This document shows positions 50,227 through 58,534 of a stretch of 64,000 bases of DNA, in pieces. The notes beneath the pieces are model-generated. The model did no database searches and had not been told where the DNA came from. It worked only from the letters and a program-made list of their open reading frames with translations. The translations under genes were made by a program, and so were the position numbers. How positions within the stretch are numbered: position 1 is the first letter of the stretch; each line of letters starts with the position of its first letter. The stretch is from Thermoanaerobaculia bacterium (GTDB taxonomy: Bacteria > Acidobacteriota > Thermoanaerobaculia > Gp7-AA8): the NCBI GenBank assembly GCA_036385045.1, contig DASVLC010000369.1:1493-65492 (forward strand), given 5' to 3'.

Positions 50227-50397
50227 TCAGTTCCAGGGTGCCGGAATCGTTCGGTTGATGCCCAACGAGTCAGCCACATCCGTGAACGTCCGCACGGCCA
50301 TTCCGTCTTCGATATTTCTCACCTTGCGTTCCGAGATCACCCACGACGGTGCACGCGTGTCACGACCGAGGGTGTGATGCCTAAATATCTCTTTCAT
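50227..50397 (-). CDS. small hypothetical protein (56 aa)
   Basis: An ATG preceded by GGAGGA at -12..-7. The stop is 13 nt before the next gene's start. No motif recognised. Confidence 0.35.
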   Translation of the reverse strand: MKEIFRHHTLGRDTRAPSWVISERKVRNIEDGMAVRTFTDVADSLGINRTIPAPWN

Positions 50398-50538
50398 GGC
50401 GCTCCTCCGCGAGGACGCTCGAGCCGGCGCCGCTGTCCGCTCTGCTTCAGCACAAGTGCATCGCCCGAACGTGTCGCGCATCACACGTTGTGGCGGCACG
50501 ATCATCCACTCCAGCAACAACGACTCGAATGACAAGCA

Positions 50539-51531
50539 TCACGGAATCGAGACCAGCATCGTGCTATTAATTACCAGAGTATTGAGATACATACCCTCGT
50601 TGCCCCAGAGGTTGATGCGCGTAATCTCAGCTTCAAAGTCGGCAGTCGCTCCAATCAGCGGTTCCAGCTTGCATCTCTGTTTCGAGGTCTGCGTCCCTTC
50701 AGCGTACATCTCGTGCATCCACGGCGGTTCAACATATGAGAACAGCTGGCACGTACCAGACTCAAGCGTCCAGCCTTGAACGGAGTAACGAATCGTCTCC
50801 GTTGGCGATGCGTGTGTGAAGTAGTCCGGGCCGCCCGTCTTCCATGTGAAGAACGTTGCGATCTCGTCGAGCGTTACTCGCGTGTTGCCCGGACCACTCG
50901 GCACGTCGTAAGTGCGCTGCTTGAACCACGCAATAGTACTCCGATCGAAGACCTTTAAACCAATGTTGAGGAACGAGCCAGTGACCGACTGCGACTTGGA
51001 CTTGTACCCGGGCGTGACCGACGTGAGTGTCTGCGCCGCTGCGCACCGCGTTCCGTCAGAGGTGCAACCCCGGACGGCGATTCCCGCATTGGATGACTGA
51101 AACGCGCTTGCCGGAAGGCCGCCGATCGTCACATTTCCAGTGCCCCACGCGCTGCCATATGTGGTGCCCGCTAGAATTAGATCGAAAGTTGCGAGGATCG
51201 GGTCAGCGGCCACCCACACATGAAGGTCGCTAGGGTTCGCATCGGTTACGCGCTCAACCACGAGCATGGTCGGGTCTAGTTCATAGGGATTGGTGGATGA
51301 CCCAGGAGCGCCAGGGTCGGGCAGTGGCGCGACGTCTGGATATCTGTCGTACACATCGTAACTTCCTGTACAAGAAATGCTGTAAATGGGTATTACCTCG
51401 CAGTACCCGGAGCCACCGTCGACGTAACACCAAGAGTGATCGCTCAGATGCTGTGCAAAACACGTGTCAGCAGAAGCCGAATAGGACATCGACAGCGCGA
51501 GAAACAGAAGTGTTGCGGAGATAGTTCGCAC
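50539..51531 (-). CDS. secreted Cys-containing hypothetical protein
   Basis: I prefer the GTG start at 51529-51531 (AAGGAA upstream), which gives the signal peptide 'VRTISATLLFLALSMSYSASA'. The ORF is open up to 51648. No homology recognised. Confidence 0.6.
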   Translation of the reverse strand: MRTISATLLFLALSMSYSASADTCFAQHLSDHSWCYVDGGSGYCEVIPIYSISCTGSYDVYDRYPDVAPLPDPGAPGSSTNPYELDPTMLVVERVTDANPSDLHVWVAADPILATFDLILAGTTYGSAWGTGNVTIGGLPASAFQSSNAGIAVRGCTSDGTRCAAAQTLTSVTPGYKSKSQSVTGSFLNIGLKVFDRSTIAWFKQRTYDVPSGPGNTRVTLDEIATFFTWKTGGPDYFTHASPTETIRYSVQGWTLESGTCQLFSYVEPPWMHEMYAEGTQTSKQRCKLEPLIGATADFEAEITRINLWGNEGMYLNTLVINSTMLVSIP

Positions 51532-51716
51532 AAGGGATTCCTTTCGGGCCTTGGTATTGGGGACGTTCAACGCGACGCCGACGCGTGAGGCGCTCGTTCT
51601 TCCGTTCGATTGGCGCATACCGGCGCATCGTAACGCATGTGCCATCACGGTGCAAGTCCGGGGATGCGGCTAGAGGTGAATGCTCAACTCCATTGGTCCT
51701 GCGATCATTCCAAAGC

Positions 51717-51846
51717 GTGGGGCCACACCTCGATCCGGCGTAGATCACCCCCCTCTCAGGAAATCGTATGGAAATCGGGGGGTCATACCTTCGATCCGAA
51801 ATCGTGGGTCGATTATGGGTCGATTATGGGGTCACACCTTCGATCC
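51717..51846 (+). repeat. three direct copies of the 19-20-nt motif GGGGTCACACCTTCGATCC
   Basis: 51717-51736 is gtggggccacacctcgatcc, 51777-51797 is ggggggtcataccttcgatcc and 51827-51846 is tggggtcacaccttcgatcc. More copies lie at 52250-52269, 52311-52329 and, inverted, at 49288-49309. Confidence 0.85.
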
Positions 51847-52040
51847 AGCGTTAACCGTATTCCTACTTCAGGCCGCCCGATCTCGACCTGAGCAGGTGTG
51901 AGTACCCTGCCGATCGGATGTCGGAGTTTTATAGGAAACCCTGTCTGTCTTGACGCGAGGCGGTGACGGCTCCGCTGAGACCTGCTGACACAGGACGCAG
52001 ATGAATGGATCTTGAAGATGTTAGCCGTATGAATGGGATC

Positions 52041-52274
52041 TCAGGCTCGCAGGCTTGCCAACGCGGCGTCGAGTTGAGCTAGCAACCCGGCGCTCCCACT
52101 CAGCAACCGCTCGCAGCGCGCGATGAGGTTGGAGAGGTGGCCCTCACTCCGCAGCCGGAGCGCGGCCGCGATACCGCGTAGAGTGATCCAGCCCTCATGC
52201 CAGCCGATCCAGGCGGCGAGAAGGCGAAGGTCGCCTCCAGAACTGATCAGTGGGTCACACCTTCGATTCGTCAT
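52041..52274 (-). pseudogene. truncated paralogue of the 52537-52839 small HTH ORF
   Basis: 'DLRLLAAWIGWHEGWITLRGIAAALRLRSEGHLSNLIARCERLL...LAQLDAALASLRA' aligns with the longer copy. Its N-terminus is replaced by the 19-nt motif sequence. Confidence 0.5.
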
Positions 52275-52536
52275 CGATCAGCCCCCCTCGTGGTACCCAC
52301 GTCGGGCGCAGTGGGGTCACACCTTCGCCCCGTCTCGCTCGTTGAACCGATGAGACGTCGACTTGAGGAGGTTGAGCAGCCAACCCGCGAGTCGGCAGAT
52401 GAGGCGAGGATCAACGGCTCGGTTTCCGAAGGAAGGGGTACCTGTTCCGGCGCGAGGCGGCGCGGCTCCGCGCAGACCTGCTAACGCAGGACGTTGGGGC
52501 GGCTGTGTCGACGTGCAGCAGTGCTGACTGGAGATC

Positions 52537-52839
52537 TCAGGCTCGCAGGGTCGTCAACGCGGCGTCGAGTTGCGCGAGGAGCTCGAGATCATTCTTCCCG
52601 AACAACTTATCGCAGCGCGCGATCAGCGACGAGATGTGTCCTTCGCTCCGCAGCCGGAGCGCTGCAGCGATACCGCGGAGTGTGACCCAGCCTTCGTTCC
52701 ACCCGATCCACGCGGCGAGAAGGCGGAGGTTGCCTCCTTCTCGCCAGCGGATGGTCTGATGCGGGACCTTCGCCTGATGCGAGATCGTCTGAATGCTGCT
52801 GCTGCCATCGCACTGTGCCATCATGAAGTCGGGGGCCAC
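52537..52839 (-). CDS. small HTH protein (100 aa)
   Basis: The N-terminal HTH-like segment is 'SIQTISHQAKVPHQTIRW'. A second segment, 'VTLRGIAAALRLRSEGHISSLIARCDKL', follows. The second segment is reminiscent of DnaA-C-like HTH tails found on some REP-associated transposases; this is from memory and unverified. Confidence 0.5.
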   Translation of the reverse strand: MAPDFMMAQCDGSSSIQTISHQAKVPHQTIRWREGGNLRLLAAWIGWNEGWVTLRGIAAALRLRSEGHISSLIARCDKLFGKNDLELLAQLDAALTTLRA

Positions 52840-52889
52840 ACGAGTGCACCATTGGTCCGTCGGGCGACCTGAGGAGAGGAAGCGAGCAA

Positions 52890-53147
52890 GTGCCGATCAT
52901 CAGCCGGTTCTTCGGAATCATCGTTACGATGAACTACCGTGAGCACGGGCCACCGCACTTCCACGCCTGGTACTCTGGCCACGAGATCACCGTGCGGATC
53001 CATGATGGCGCCGTGAATGGTGAAATGCCGAAGCGGGCGCTTGGACTTATCATGGAATGGCTCGAGATGCATCGAGGCGAACTCGCCGAAAACTGGAGGC
53101 GCGCCGAAGCCCGATTGCCACTCGAACCGATAGAACCATTGGAGTAG
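52890..53147 (+). CDS. DUF4160 family protein
   Basis: 'MPIISRFFGIIVTMNYREHGPPHFHAWYSGHE' is the canonical DUF4160 N-terminus. Confidence 0.88.
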   Translation: MPIISRFFGIIVTMNYREHGPPHFHAWYSGHEITVRIHDGAVNGEMPKRALGLIMEWLEMHRGELAENWRRAEARLPLEPIEPLE

Positions 53148-53153
53148 CCATCC

Positions 53154-53396
53154 ATGTACTACACGGTGATCGAGGCGCGGCACGTCAAGGACTACACAAT
53201 CTGGCTCCGGTTCAACGACGGGACCGAGGGCGAGGTGGATCTGTCCGAAGAGCTCTGGGGACCGATCTTCGAGCCGCTCAGGGATCCAGCCTACTTCCGG
53301 CGGTTCGAAGTTGCGGAGTACGGAACGATCGCCTGGCCAAACGGGGCAGACCTGGCACCCGAGTTCCTCTATTCCCGCGCGCATGTAGCCGCCTGA
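53154..53396 (+). CDS. DUF2442 family protein
   Basis: 'YTIWLRFNDGTEGEVDLSEELWGPIFEPLRDPAYFRRFEV...GTIAWPNGADLAPEFLY' is typical of DUF2442. It starts 6 nt after the DUF4160 gene. Confidence 0.88.
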   Translation: MYYTVIEARHVKDYTIWLRFNDGTEGEVDLSEELWGPIFEPLRDPAYFRRFEVAEYGTIAWPNGADLAPEFLYSRAHVAA

Positions 53397-53419
53397 GCTC
53401 CGCCGCGAAGAGAAACGAC

Positions 53420-53701
53420 ATGGCGAATGGGAACAGCGCTGGCATCAGCACCGACGAGGTTGAGGTCACCAGCATTTCCCGGCACGGGTTCTGGCTCTTC
53501 CTTGGCGGAAGAGAACTGTTCGTCGACTTTCGGGAGTTCCCGTGGTTTGCGGATGCTCCCGTGAGCAAGTTGGTCAACGTCCGATGGCCGACTCCCGATC
53601 ATCTCGCGTGGCCAGACCTGGACATCGATCTTTCAGTCGAATCCATCGAGCATCCTGAACGATTTCCGCTTCACTTTGATCCAGTCGAGCCCAGCGCCTA
53701 A
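53420..53701 (+). CDS. second DUF2442-like protein
   Basis: 'GFWLFLGGRELFVDFREFPWFADAPVSKLVNVRWPTPDHLAWPDLDIDLSVESI' fits the DUF2442 pattern. Confidence 0.75.
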   Translation: MANGNSAGISTDEVEVTSISRHGFWLFLGGRELFVDFREFPWFADAPVSKLVNVRWPTPDHLAWPDLDIDLSVESIEHPERFPLHFDPVEPSA

Positions 53702-53756
53702 CTCATGGGACTCTTCGCCGTCTGCGGTCCGAAATCCGATAACCAAGGTTTGTCGC

Positions 53757-53783
53757 CCCTCTCCCCGCTCGGCGGGGAGAGGG
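53757..53783. other. perfect 10-bp GC hairpin between convergent genes
   Basis: ccctctcccc-gctcggc-ggggagaggg. It has no U-tract on either strand, so it is not a canonical intrinsic terminator. Confidence 0.6.
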
Positions 53784-53888
53784 TGGCCGGAGGCCGGGTG
53801 AGGGGCCGCGCAATCGCCCAACCCATGGCGCCCGCAGCAACTGCCGGGCGGCGCGTTCACGCGCGAGGCGGCCAGACACCCGCGCGGA

Positions 53889-55106
53889 TCAGTCAGCCAG
53901 CACCGCTTCGATCTGGTCGACCGCCCAGTCGATCTGCTCTTTCGTGATGACGAGCGGCGGCGCCAGACGGATGGTATTGACGTGCGTGTCCTTGCAGAGC
54001 ATTCCCCGCTCTTTGAGCGCATAACAGTATTTGCGCGCGCCTCCCGCCTCGGGGACGAGCTCGACACCGGCCCAGAGCCCGATGCTGCGGATCTCCCTGA
54101 CCTTCGGGCTGCCCAGACCTTCGAGGCGCGCCTTCAGGTGTACGCCCAGCGTCGCCGCATGCTCAACGAGCTTCTCGTCGACCAGGACGTCGAGCGCGGC
54201 CGACGCCACGGCGCAGGCCAGAGGGTTGCCGCCGTACGTCGACCCGTGGATGCCGGGGGTGAAGACGTCCATGACCTTGTTCGAGGCGAGAAACGCGGAG
54301 ACCGGGTAGTAGCCGCCCGACAGTGCCTTGCCGATCGTGACGGCGTCAGGGCGGATTCCTTCGTGCTCGAAGGCAAACATCCTTCCGGTGCGGCCAAGGC
54401 CCGACTGGATCTCGTCGAGAACCAGAAGAAGACCGTGCTCGTCGCAGAGCTGGCGGAGGCCCTTCAGGTAGCCGGCAGGCGGGATCACGACTCCCCCTTC
54501 GCCCTGAATCGGCTCGACGAAGACCGCGGCCGTCTCAGGCGTGATGGCCGCCCTGACGGCTTCGAGGCTGCCGTACTCGACGATTCGGAAACCTGGCGTG
54601 AACGGGCCAAAGCGACTCGTCGAATCGGGATCGGTCGAGAAGCCGACGATGGTGGTCGTGCGGCCGTGAAAGTTCCCTTCCGCGACGATGATCTCCGCCT
54701 TCGGGTACTCGACCCCCTTGACGTCGTACGCGTACTTGCGCATCGCTTTGATGGCTGTCTCGACCGCCTCGGCTCCCGAGTTCATGAGAAGCGCCTTCTC
54801 GAAGCCCGTTAGCCGGCAGAGCTTCTCGAGGAGCGGAGGGAACTGGTCGTTACGGAACGCTCGCGACGTGAGGGCGAGCTTCCCGATCTGCTCGATCATC
54901 GCCTCGCCGATCCTCGGATGGTTATGGCCCTGATTGACCGCCGAGTAGGCGGCAAGGAAGTCCATGTAGCGATTCCCGTCGACGTCGGTCAGCCAGACGC
55001 CCTCTCCCTTCGTGCAGACGACGTCAAGGGGGTGATAGTTGTGGGCGCCGTACTGCTCTTCCTGTTCGATGAGCTCGGTCGCTCGGGACATCGTCGTGGG
55101 GGTCAT
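53889..55106 (-). CDS. rocD: ornithine--oxo-acid aminotransferase
   Basis: '[12 protein letters not shown]', '[18 protein letters not shown]', '[11 protein letters not shown]' and 'GKALSGG' form a class-III aminotransferase, RocD-like sequence. Confidence 0.88.
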   Translation of the reverse strand: MTPTTMSRATELIEQEEQYGAHNYHPLDVVCTKGEGVWLTDVDGNRYMDFLAAYSAVNQGHNHPRIGEAMIEQIGKLALTSRAFRNDQFPPLLEKLCRLTGFEKALLMNSGAEAVETAIKAMRKYAYDVKGVEYPKAEIIVAEGNFHGRTTTIVGFSTDPDSTSRFGPFTPGFRIVEYGSLEAVRAAITPETAAVFVEPIQGEGGVVIPPAGYLKGLRQLCDEHGLLLVLDEIQSGLGRTGRMFAFEHEGIRPDAVTIGKALSGGYYPVSAFLASNKVMDVFTPGIHGSTYGGNPLACAVASAALDVLVDEKLVEHAATLGVHLKARLEGLGSPKVREIRSIGLWAGVELVPEAGGARKYCYALKERGMLCKDTHVNTIRLAPPLVITKEQIDWAVDQIEAVLAD

Positions 55107-55240
55107 TGGCTCTCCTTCGGCAATGCCGAAATTCGAATTGTGCTCGCGCTCCCAACCGCGAAGCGCGCGAAGCGCATTCTAATGGCTTCGCAGGTTTCAA
55201 TCTGGTCACAGCGCGGTCAGAGAAGTTACGATTCGTGAGC

Positions 55241-56164
55241 ATGTGGCAGGACCTCACCAAGGGAGAGAAGCGCGCCCTGCGGACGGCGGCGGAGCTGGCA
55301 CACGGCCGCGATCGGACGATGGCGCGGGAGGATCGCGACGTCCACTATCTCGAAGCGCGGAACGACGACCTTCCGCTGATCGTGGGAGCCGCCGTCGCGC
55401 AGGGGCTGCTCACCATCGAAGAAGTCGCGGAAGTGGCTCGCGAACGGGTGGCCCACGTCGCCGGCGCTCTCCGGGAGATCCGCGAGGAACGTGCAACGCG
55501 AGTCCCCGAGGAGACGGACGAAGACGAGGAATACGACGCCACCTCACCGGTCTCGGTCGCGGCGATCGTTCGCGAGATCGACAGCCTGAGGGACGAGACG
55601 ACGCTCTACGTGAACCGGCGCACCGGCGAAGTGCGCGTGATGGATCACGAATGCCTTCCCGGGAGAGGGAGATCGCCTGCCGGAAGTGCGGAACGCGTCC
55701 CACTCTTTCTGCAGCCCGCGGCGGTGGACCTCTTCGCGGAAACGGCGGTAGGCGCCGCGAGCGCGAACCGTACGAGCTTCGCCCTGTTCGTTGCACTCTC
55801 GGCAACCTTCGCCGGTGGTCTCATCGGCGCGCTCGGCGTCGCGCACACGAGCGCCGTGGTGTCGCTCGAGCGCGCCAGCCGGCTCCAGTTCGTCTACACC
55901 TTTCGTCTCTACTCTCTCGTCCTGTTCGGTGTGCTGCTGATTGTGCTGGGCCTTACGGCAGCCGTCGAGGCGGGACGTCTCCCCCAGGGCCGTCGTGCAG
56001 TCTGGCGCCGGTCGGTGTTCGTCTGGGCAGCGATCCTGGCCATCAACCTCCCCCTTGTCCCCTTGCAGGGATTCGCCATCCTCTTCTCCGCGCTCGCCGG
56101 CTTCGAACTGCTCCTCCTCTTCATCACCGGTCGCCACTTCAACCTGGAGCCGGACGATCAGTAG
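55241..56164 (+). CDS. hypothetical membrane protein (acidic N-domain + about 4 TM)
   Basis: Trimmed to 'MWQDLTKGEKRAL'. The C-terminal half is hydrophobic. Confidence 0.6.
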   Translation: MWQDLTKGEKRALRTAAELAHGRDRTMAREDRDVHYLEARNDDLPLIVGAAVAQGLLTIEEVAEVARERVAHVAGALREIREERATRVPEETDEDEEYDATSPVSVAAIVREIDSLRDETTLYVNRRTGEVRVMDHECLPGRGRSPAGSAERVPLFLQPAAVDLFAETAVGAASANRTSFALFVALSATFAGGLIGALGVAHTSAVVSLERASRLQFVYTFRLYSLVLFGVLLIVLGLTAAVEAGRLPQGRRAVWRRSVFVWAAILAINLPLVPLQGFAILFSALAGFELLLLFITGRHFNLEPDDQ

Positions 56165-56270
56165 CACGACCCGCTGCCATCTCCTACCGCGAAGAGCACG
56201 TTTCTCGGCAGAGCATGACCTCGAGGTTCGGGCCTCACGCCGGGCATGCGGCTCGCACGAACGAGGAGCG

Positions 56271-57314
56271 ATGAGAGTGGCGCGACTCGGTGGTCTTGTC
56301 CTTCTGCTCGCTCACCTCGGATGTGCGACAGCACCCCCCGCGGCGGTGCCTCCCGCTACCCCGCCGCTTCCTCGCACGCCCCCTCCGCCGCCACCCCCAC
56401 GGGAAGTCAATGCGGTGACAGTGCACGGTCAGGTCGTGAGCGCGCGCAGCACGCCGGTCGCATTCGCGTCTGTCGTGGTGCAGCCAGCGAACGCGTCCTG
56501 TACGCCGCAGGGGACCGCCATCGGTACCGTGACCGATGAGCATGGTCAGTATCAGACGGTCGTCGATGTCGGTGTCGGACCTGCGTTTCACGGGTGCGTC
56601 GTCGTGGAGGCGCGGAGTGGCGGCGCGAAAACCGCCGCATCGGCGCTGGCGTTGTTCACATCGTCGAAAAGCGATGCGCAGCCGGTGCGTGTCGACGTCG
56701 CGCTTCCCCGTGCCGAGCGGCCGTCGTCTGAGGAACGCGTGCAGCTCGTTCACGATCTCGCTGCTGCCGTAAACGGGATGTCAGTCGATCCGGATCTCGC
56801 ACTTCATGTACAAGGCGGCAGCGAGGCATTGCGCGTCGCACTCGAGCAATACCGTCTGCTCTTCGGCACGGTAACCGAGGTGCGCGTGCTGCCGGCGGAC
56901 TGGTCCGCCTATCCATTCGAGCTACGCGCAGCGAACGGCCGCACCGGCCGCGTGACGGTGGAAGTCGATGATCTGGTTCGGCTCCACAGCCCGCTGCTCG
57001 ATTACGGCCCGCGCTCCGAACGATTCGTCAACGCATACATCCGGGCGGTCGCGTCCGGAGATGCGGTCAGGCTCGCCGGGCTTCTCAGCCCGGATGACAT
57101 CGACTATCCAATCGAGGACGCGCGCGAGCTGATCGTGGCGTATCGCCGTCGCTACGGCGACACCGCGACGATCCGAGGCGAGTTCGTCGATCTCGATGAG
57201 ACACGAAACACGATCACCTGGCGACTCCGCGGAAGGGGGGCGGGGGGAAGCGAGATCACCGAGGACCTCGTGCTTCGTTACGGCGATGGCCTCCTTGGTG
57301 TCGTGGGACTCTGA
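56271..57314 (+). CDS. hypothetical lipoprotein
   Basis: Trimmed to 'MRVARLGGLVLLLAHLGCATAPP' (lipobox). The Pro-rich linker is followed by a beta-sandwich-like 'VHGQVVSARSTPVAFASVVV'. Confidence 0.65.
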   Translation: MRVARLGGLVLLLAHLGCATAPPAAVPPATPPLPRTPPPPPPPREVNAVTVHGQVVSARSTPVAFASVVVQPANASCTPQGTAIGTVTDEHGQYQTVVDVGVGPAFHGCVVVEARSGGAKTAASALALFTSSKSDAQPVRVDVALPRAERPSSEERVQLVHDLAAAVNGMSVDPDLALHVQGGSEALRVALEQYRLLFGTVTEVRVLPADWSAYPFELRAANGRTGRVTVEVDDLVRLHSPLLDYGPRSERFVNAYIRAVASGDAVRLAGLLSPDDIDYPIEDARELIVAYRRRYGDTATIRGEFVDLDETRNTITWRLRGRGAGGSEITEDLVLRYGDGLLGVVGL

Positions 57315-57328
57315 GCGGCGCTCTTTAG

Positions 57329-57454
57329 TGTCGCGCGACGAAAAGAATCCTGCGAAACAGTGGACGCACTACCGCTCGACCTTCTGCTCCGACGAATCGC
57401 GCACGCTGGAAAGCGGCGGTGTGGCCGCGCGCACTCCAAAGCGCTTCGCGCGAC
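57329..57454. repeat. family-J element, second locus
   Basis: gtcgcgcga (57329-57337) pairs with ggaaagcggcggtgtggccgcgcgcactccaaagcgcttcgcgcgac (57408-57454). Confidence 0.75.
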
Positions 57455-57500
57455 GTCAGGACGCATGACTCATTCTCCACCTTCAGGACTCTGCGGGATG

Positions 57501-57968
57501 TCACCCCTCGACCTTCGTCCACCGGCCGTCAGGATGCGCCTGCCACCAGACGCCATTCTCGTCGAGCCATTTTCCGAGGGGAGCTCCTTCCGGTGTCTCG
57601 GAACCGAACCGGAGTACGTGCCCGTCCAGGTCGAACACGTGCAGCTCGCGGGAACCCCACGGAAAGTTCTCCGGGGGATGACGAATCCGCGCACCCCGGT
57701 CGCGCAGTTCCTCGAAGAGCTTGTCGGAGTCGCTCACCGCGAACCACATCCAGGTGCCGGGATTTCCCTGACTCCCTTCACACAGCATCAGACTCGCTTT
57801 GCCGCGAGTCACCGAGCCGAAGCCGCCCGATCCCCAGTCGAGCTTGAAGCCGAGAATGTTCACGTAATACTCGACGCTCGCGTCGTAATCGGCGACGCGC
57901 AGAATCGGTGTCACTCCCGCAACATGCGCCACTGCGTTACTTCGGGGTTTCGACTCCTCTTCCGGCAT
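57501..57968 (-). CDS. VOC (glyoxalase/bleomycin-resistance) family protein
   Basis: 'VTPILRVADYDASVEYYVNILGFKLDW' and 'FPWGSRELHVFDLDGHVLRF'. The start is uncertain. Confidence 0.8.
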   Translation of the reverse strand: MPEEESKPRSNAVAHVAGVTPILRVADYDASVEYYVNILGFKLDWGSGGFGSVTRGKASLMLCEGSQGNPGTWMWFAVSDSDKLFEELRDRGARIRHPPENFPWGSRELHVFDLDGHVLRFGSETPEGAPLGKWLDENGVWWQAHPDGRWTKVEG

Positions 57969-58368
57969 TCGCCTCTCCTTGCCTTGCGGTGGGACGGGGT
58001 GCTCCTCGCCCGCTCGCACCGGTCGACGATGTCCGGCCGCGCACCGGAGGCACGTGGAAGTTCAGATCGAGTTCCCGGAGGGTGAGCGACACATCCTCGA
58101 GGCGCTGTCCGACATCCGTGCCGAGACTCGCGACGTTCTGCTCGTCGACCTCCACTTTCCCTTCGGCCAGGCGGGTCAACTCTTCGGGAGTGAGGCGGGC
58201 AAGGTCTTCCACGGTCGAGAGCCTCAGCGGCGGCTCCGTGCTCTCCGTGGGAAGCGCAACGCCAGCCTGTTGCTGATCCGGCGTGGTGCCCGCTGGGCGG
58301 GTCCTCGCAAAGAAGACCGAGAGCAGCACCATGACCACTATTCCGAGCAGAGCGAGGAAGCGAACCAT
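57937..58368 (-). CDS. small membrane-anchored hypothetical protein
   Basis: Trimmed to 'MVRFLALLGIVVMVLLSVFFA'. The upstream part of ORF 57937..58773 runs through repeats. It overlaps the VOC start by about 30 nt. Confidence 0.4.
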   Translation of the reverse strand: MVRFLALLGIVVMVLLSVFFARTRPAGTTPDQQQAGVALPTESTEPPLRLSTVEDLARLTPEELTRLAEGKVEVDEQNVASLGTDVGQRLEDVSLTLRELDLNFHVPPVRGRTSSTGASGRGAPRPTARQGEANAGRGVETPK

Positions 58369-58420
58369 CGCGTGAGTGTAACTCCAATGGCGCGGGCGCA
58401 GGGGTGGGGCGTTACCGACC

Positions 58421-58516
58421 GGTTCGGAGTTCCTCGGAGTTCCTCGGTTCCTCGGAGTTCCTCGGGAGTTCCTCGGAGTTCCTCGGGAGTTCCTCGGTTC
58501 CTCGGTTCCTCGGGGG
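58421..58516 (+). repeat. family-I tandem array, about 9 units of (GA)GTTCCTCGG
   Basis: ggttcggagttcctcggagttcctcggttcctcggagttcctcgggagttcctcggagttcctcgggagttcctcggttcctcggttcctcggggg. Confidence 0.9.
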
Positions 58517-58534
58517 ATCGCAGAACACGCTGCC

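Larger units (their letters stand above)
49288..52328. mobile_element. candidate non-autonomous element bounded by a perfect 22-bp inverted repeat; visibly lower G+C cargo
   Basis: GCGAAGGTGTGACCCCACTGCG at 49288-49309 and its exact reverse complement CGCAGTGGGGTCACACCTTCGC at 52307-52328. There is no transposase inside and no target-site duplication seen. Confidence 0.4.

Noticed and set aside
51827-51866. Tn3-family-like terminal repeat (starts GGGGTC...) or an integron attC site at the motif copies
   Set aside because: Only the GGGGTC start resembles Tn3-type inverted repeats, and there is no 38-bp match or ...TAAG end. The orientation of the inverted pair does not place a transposase inside. 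The nearby GTTAACC does not fit the GTTRRRY attC core. No intI or tnpA gene is in the window.
51717-52330. A possible degenerate CRISPR array (about 20-nt repeats spaced 50-61 nt)
   Set aside because: The repeats are short and mismatched and the spacing is irregular. Two groups are separated by about 400 nt that contain an ORF. One copy is inverted 2.4 kb away. No cas genes are present.
48621-53701. A prophage, ICE or integron interpretation of the accessory island
   Set aside because: There are no integrase, recombinase, phage structural or conjugation genes, no flanking tRNA, and no att-like direct repeats at the island borders that I could find.
53757-53783. The GC hairpin as a bidirectional intrinsic terminator for DUF2442 (+) and rocD (-)
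   Set aside because: The 10-bp stem is perfect but has no T/U tract on either strand. I kept it only as a structural feature. It is more likely another member of the repeat/hairpin population.
58421-58516. CRISPR or coding-repeat interpretation of the GTTCCTCGG array (and of the arrays at 28062, 30665, 19559 and 31637)
   Set aside because: The units are 8-12 nt and contiguous, with no spacers. They are microsatellite-like and lie outside supported ORFs.
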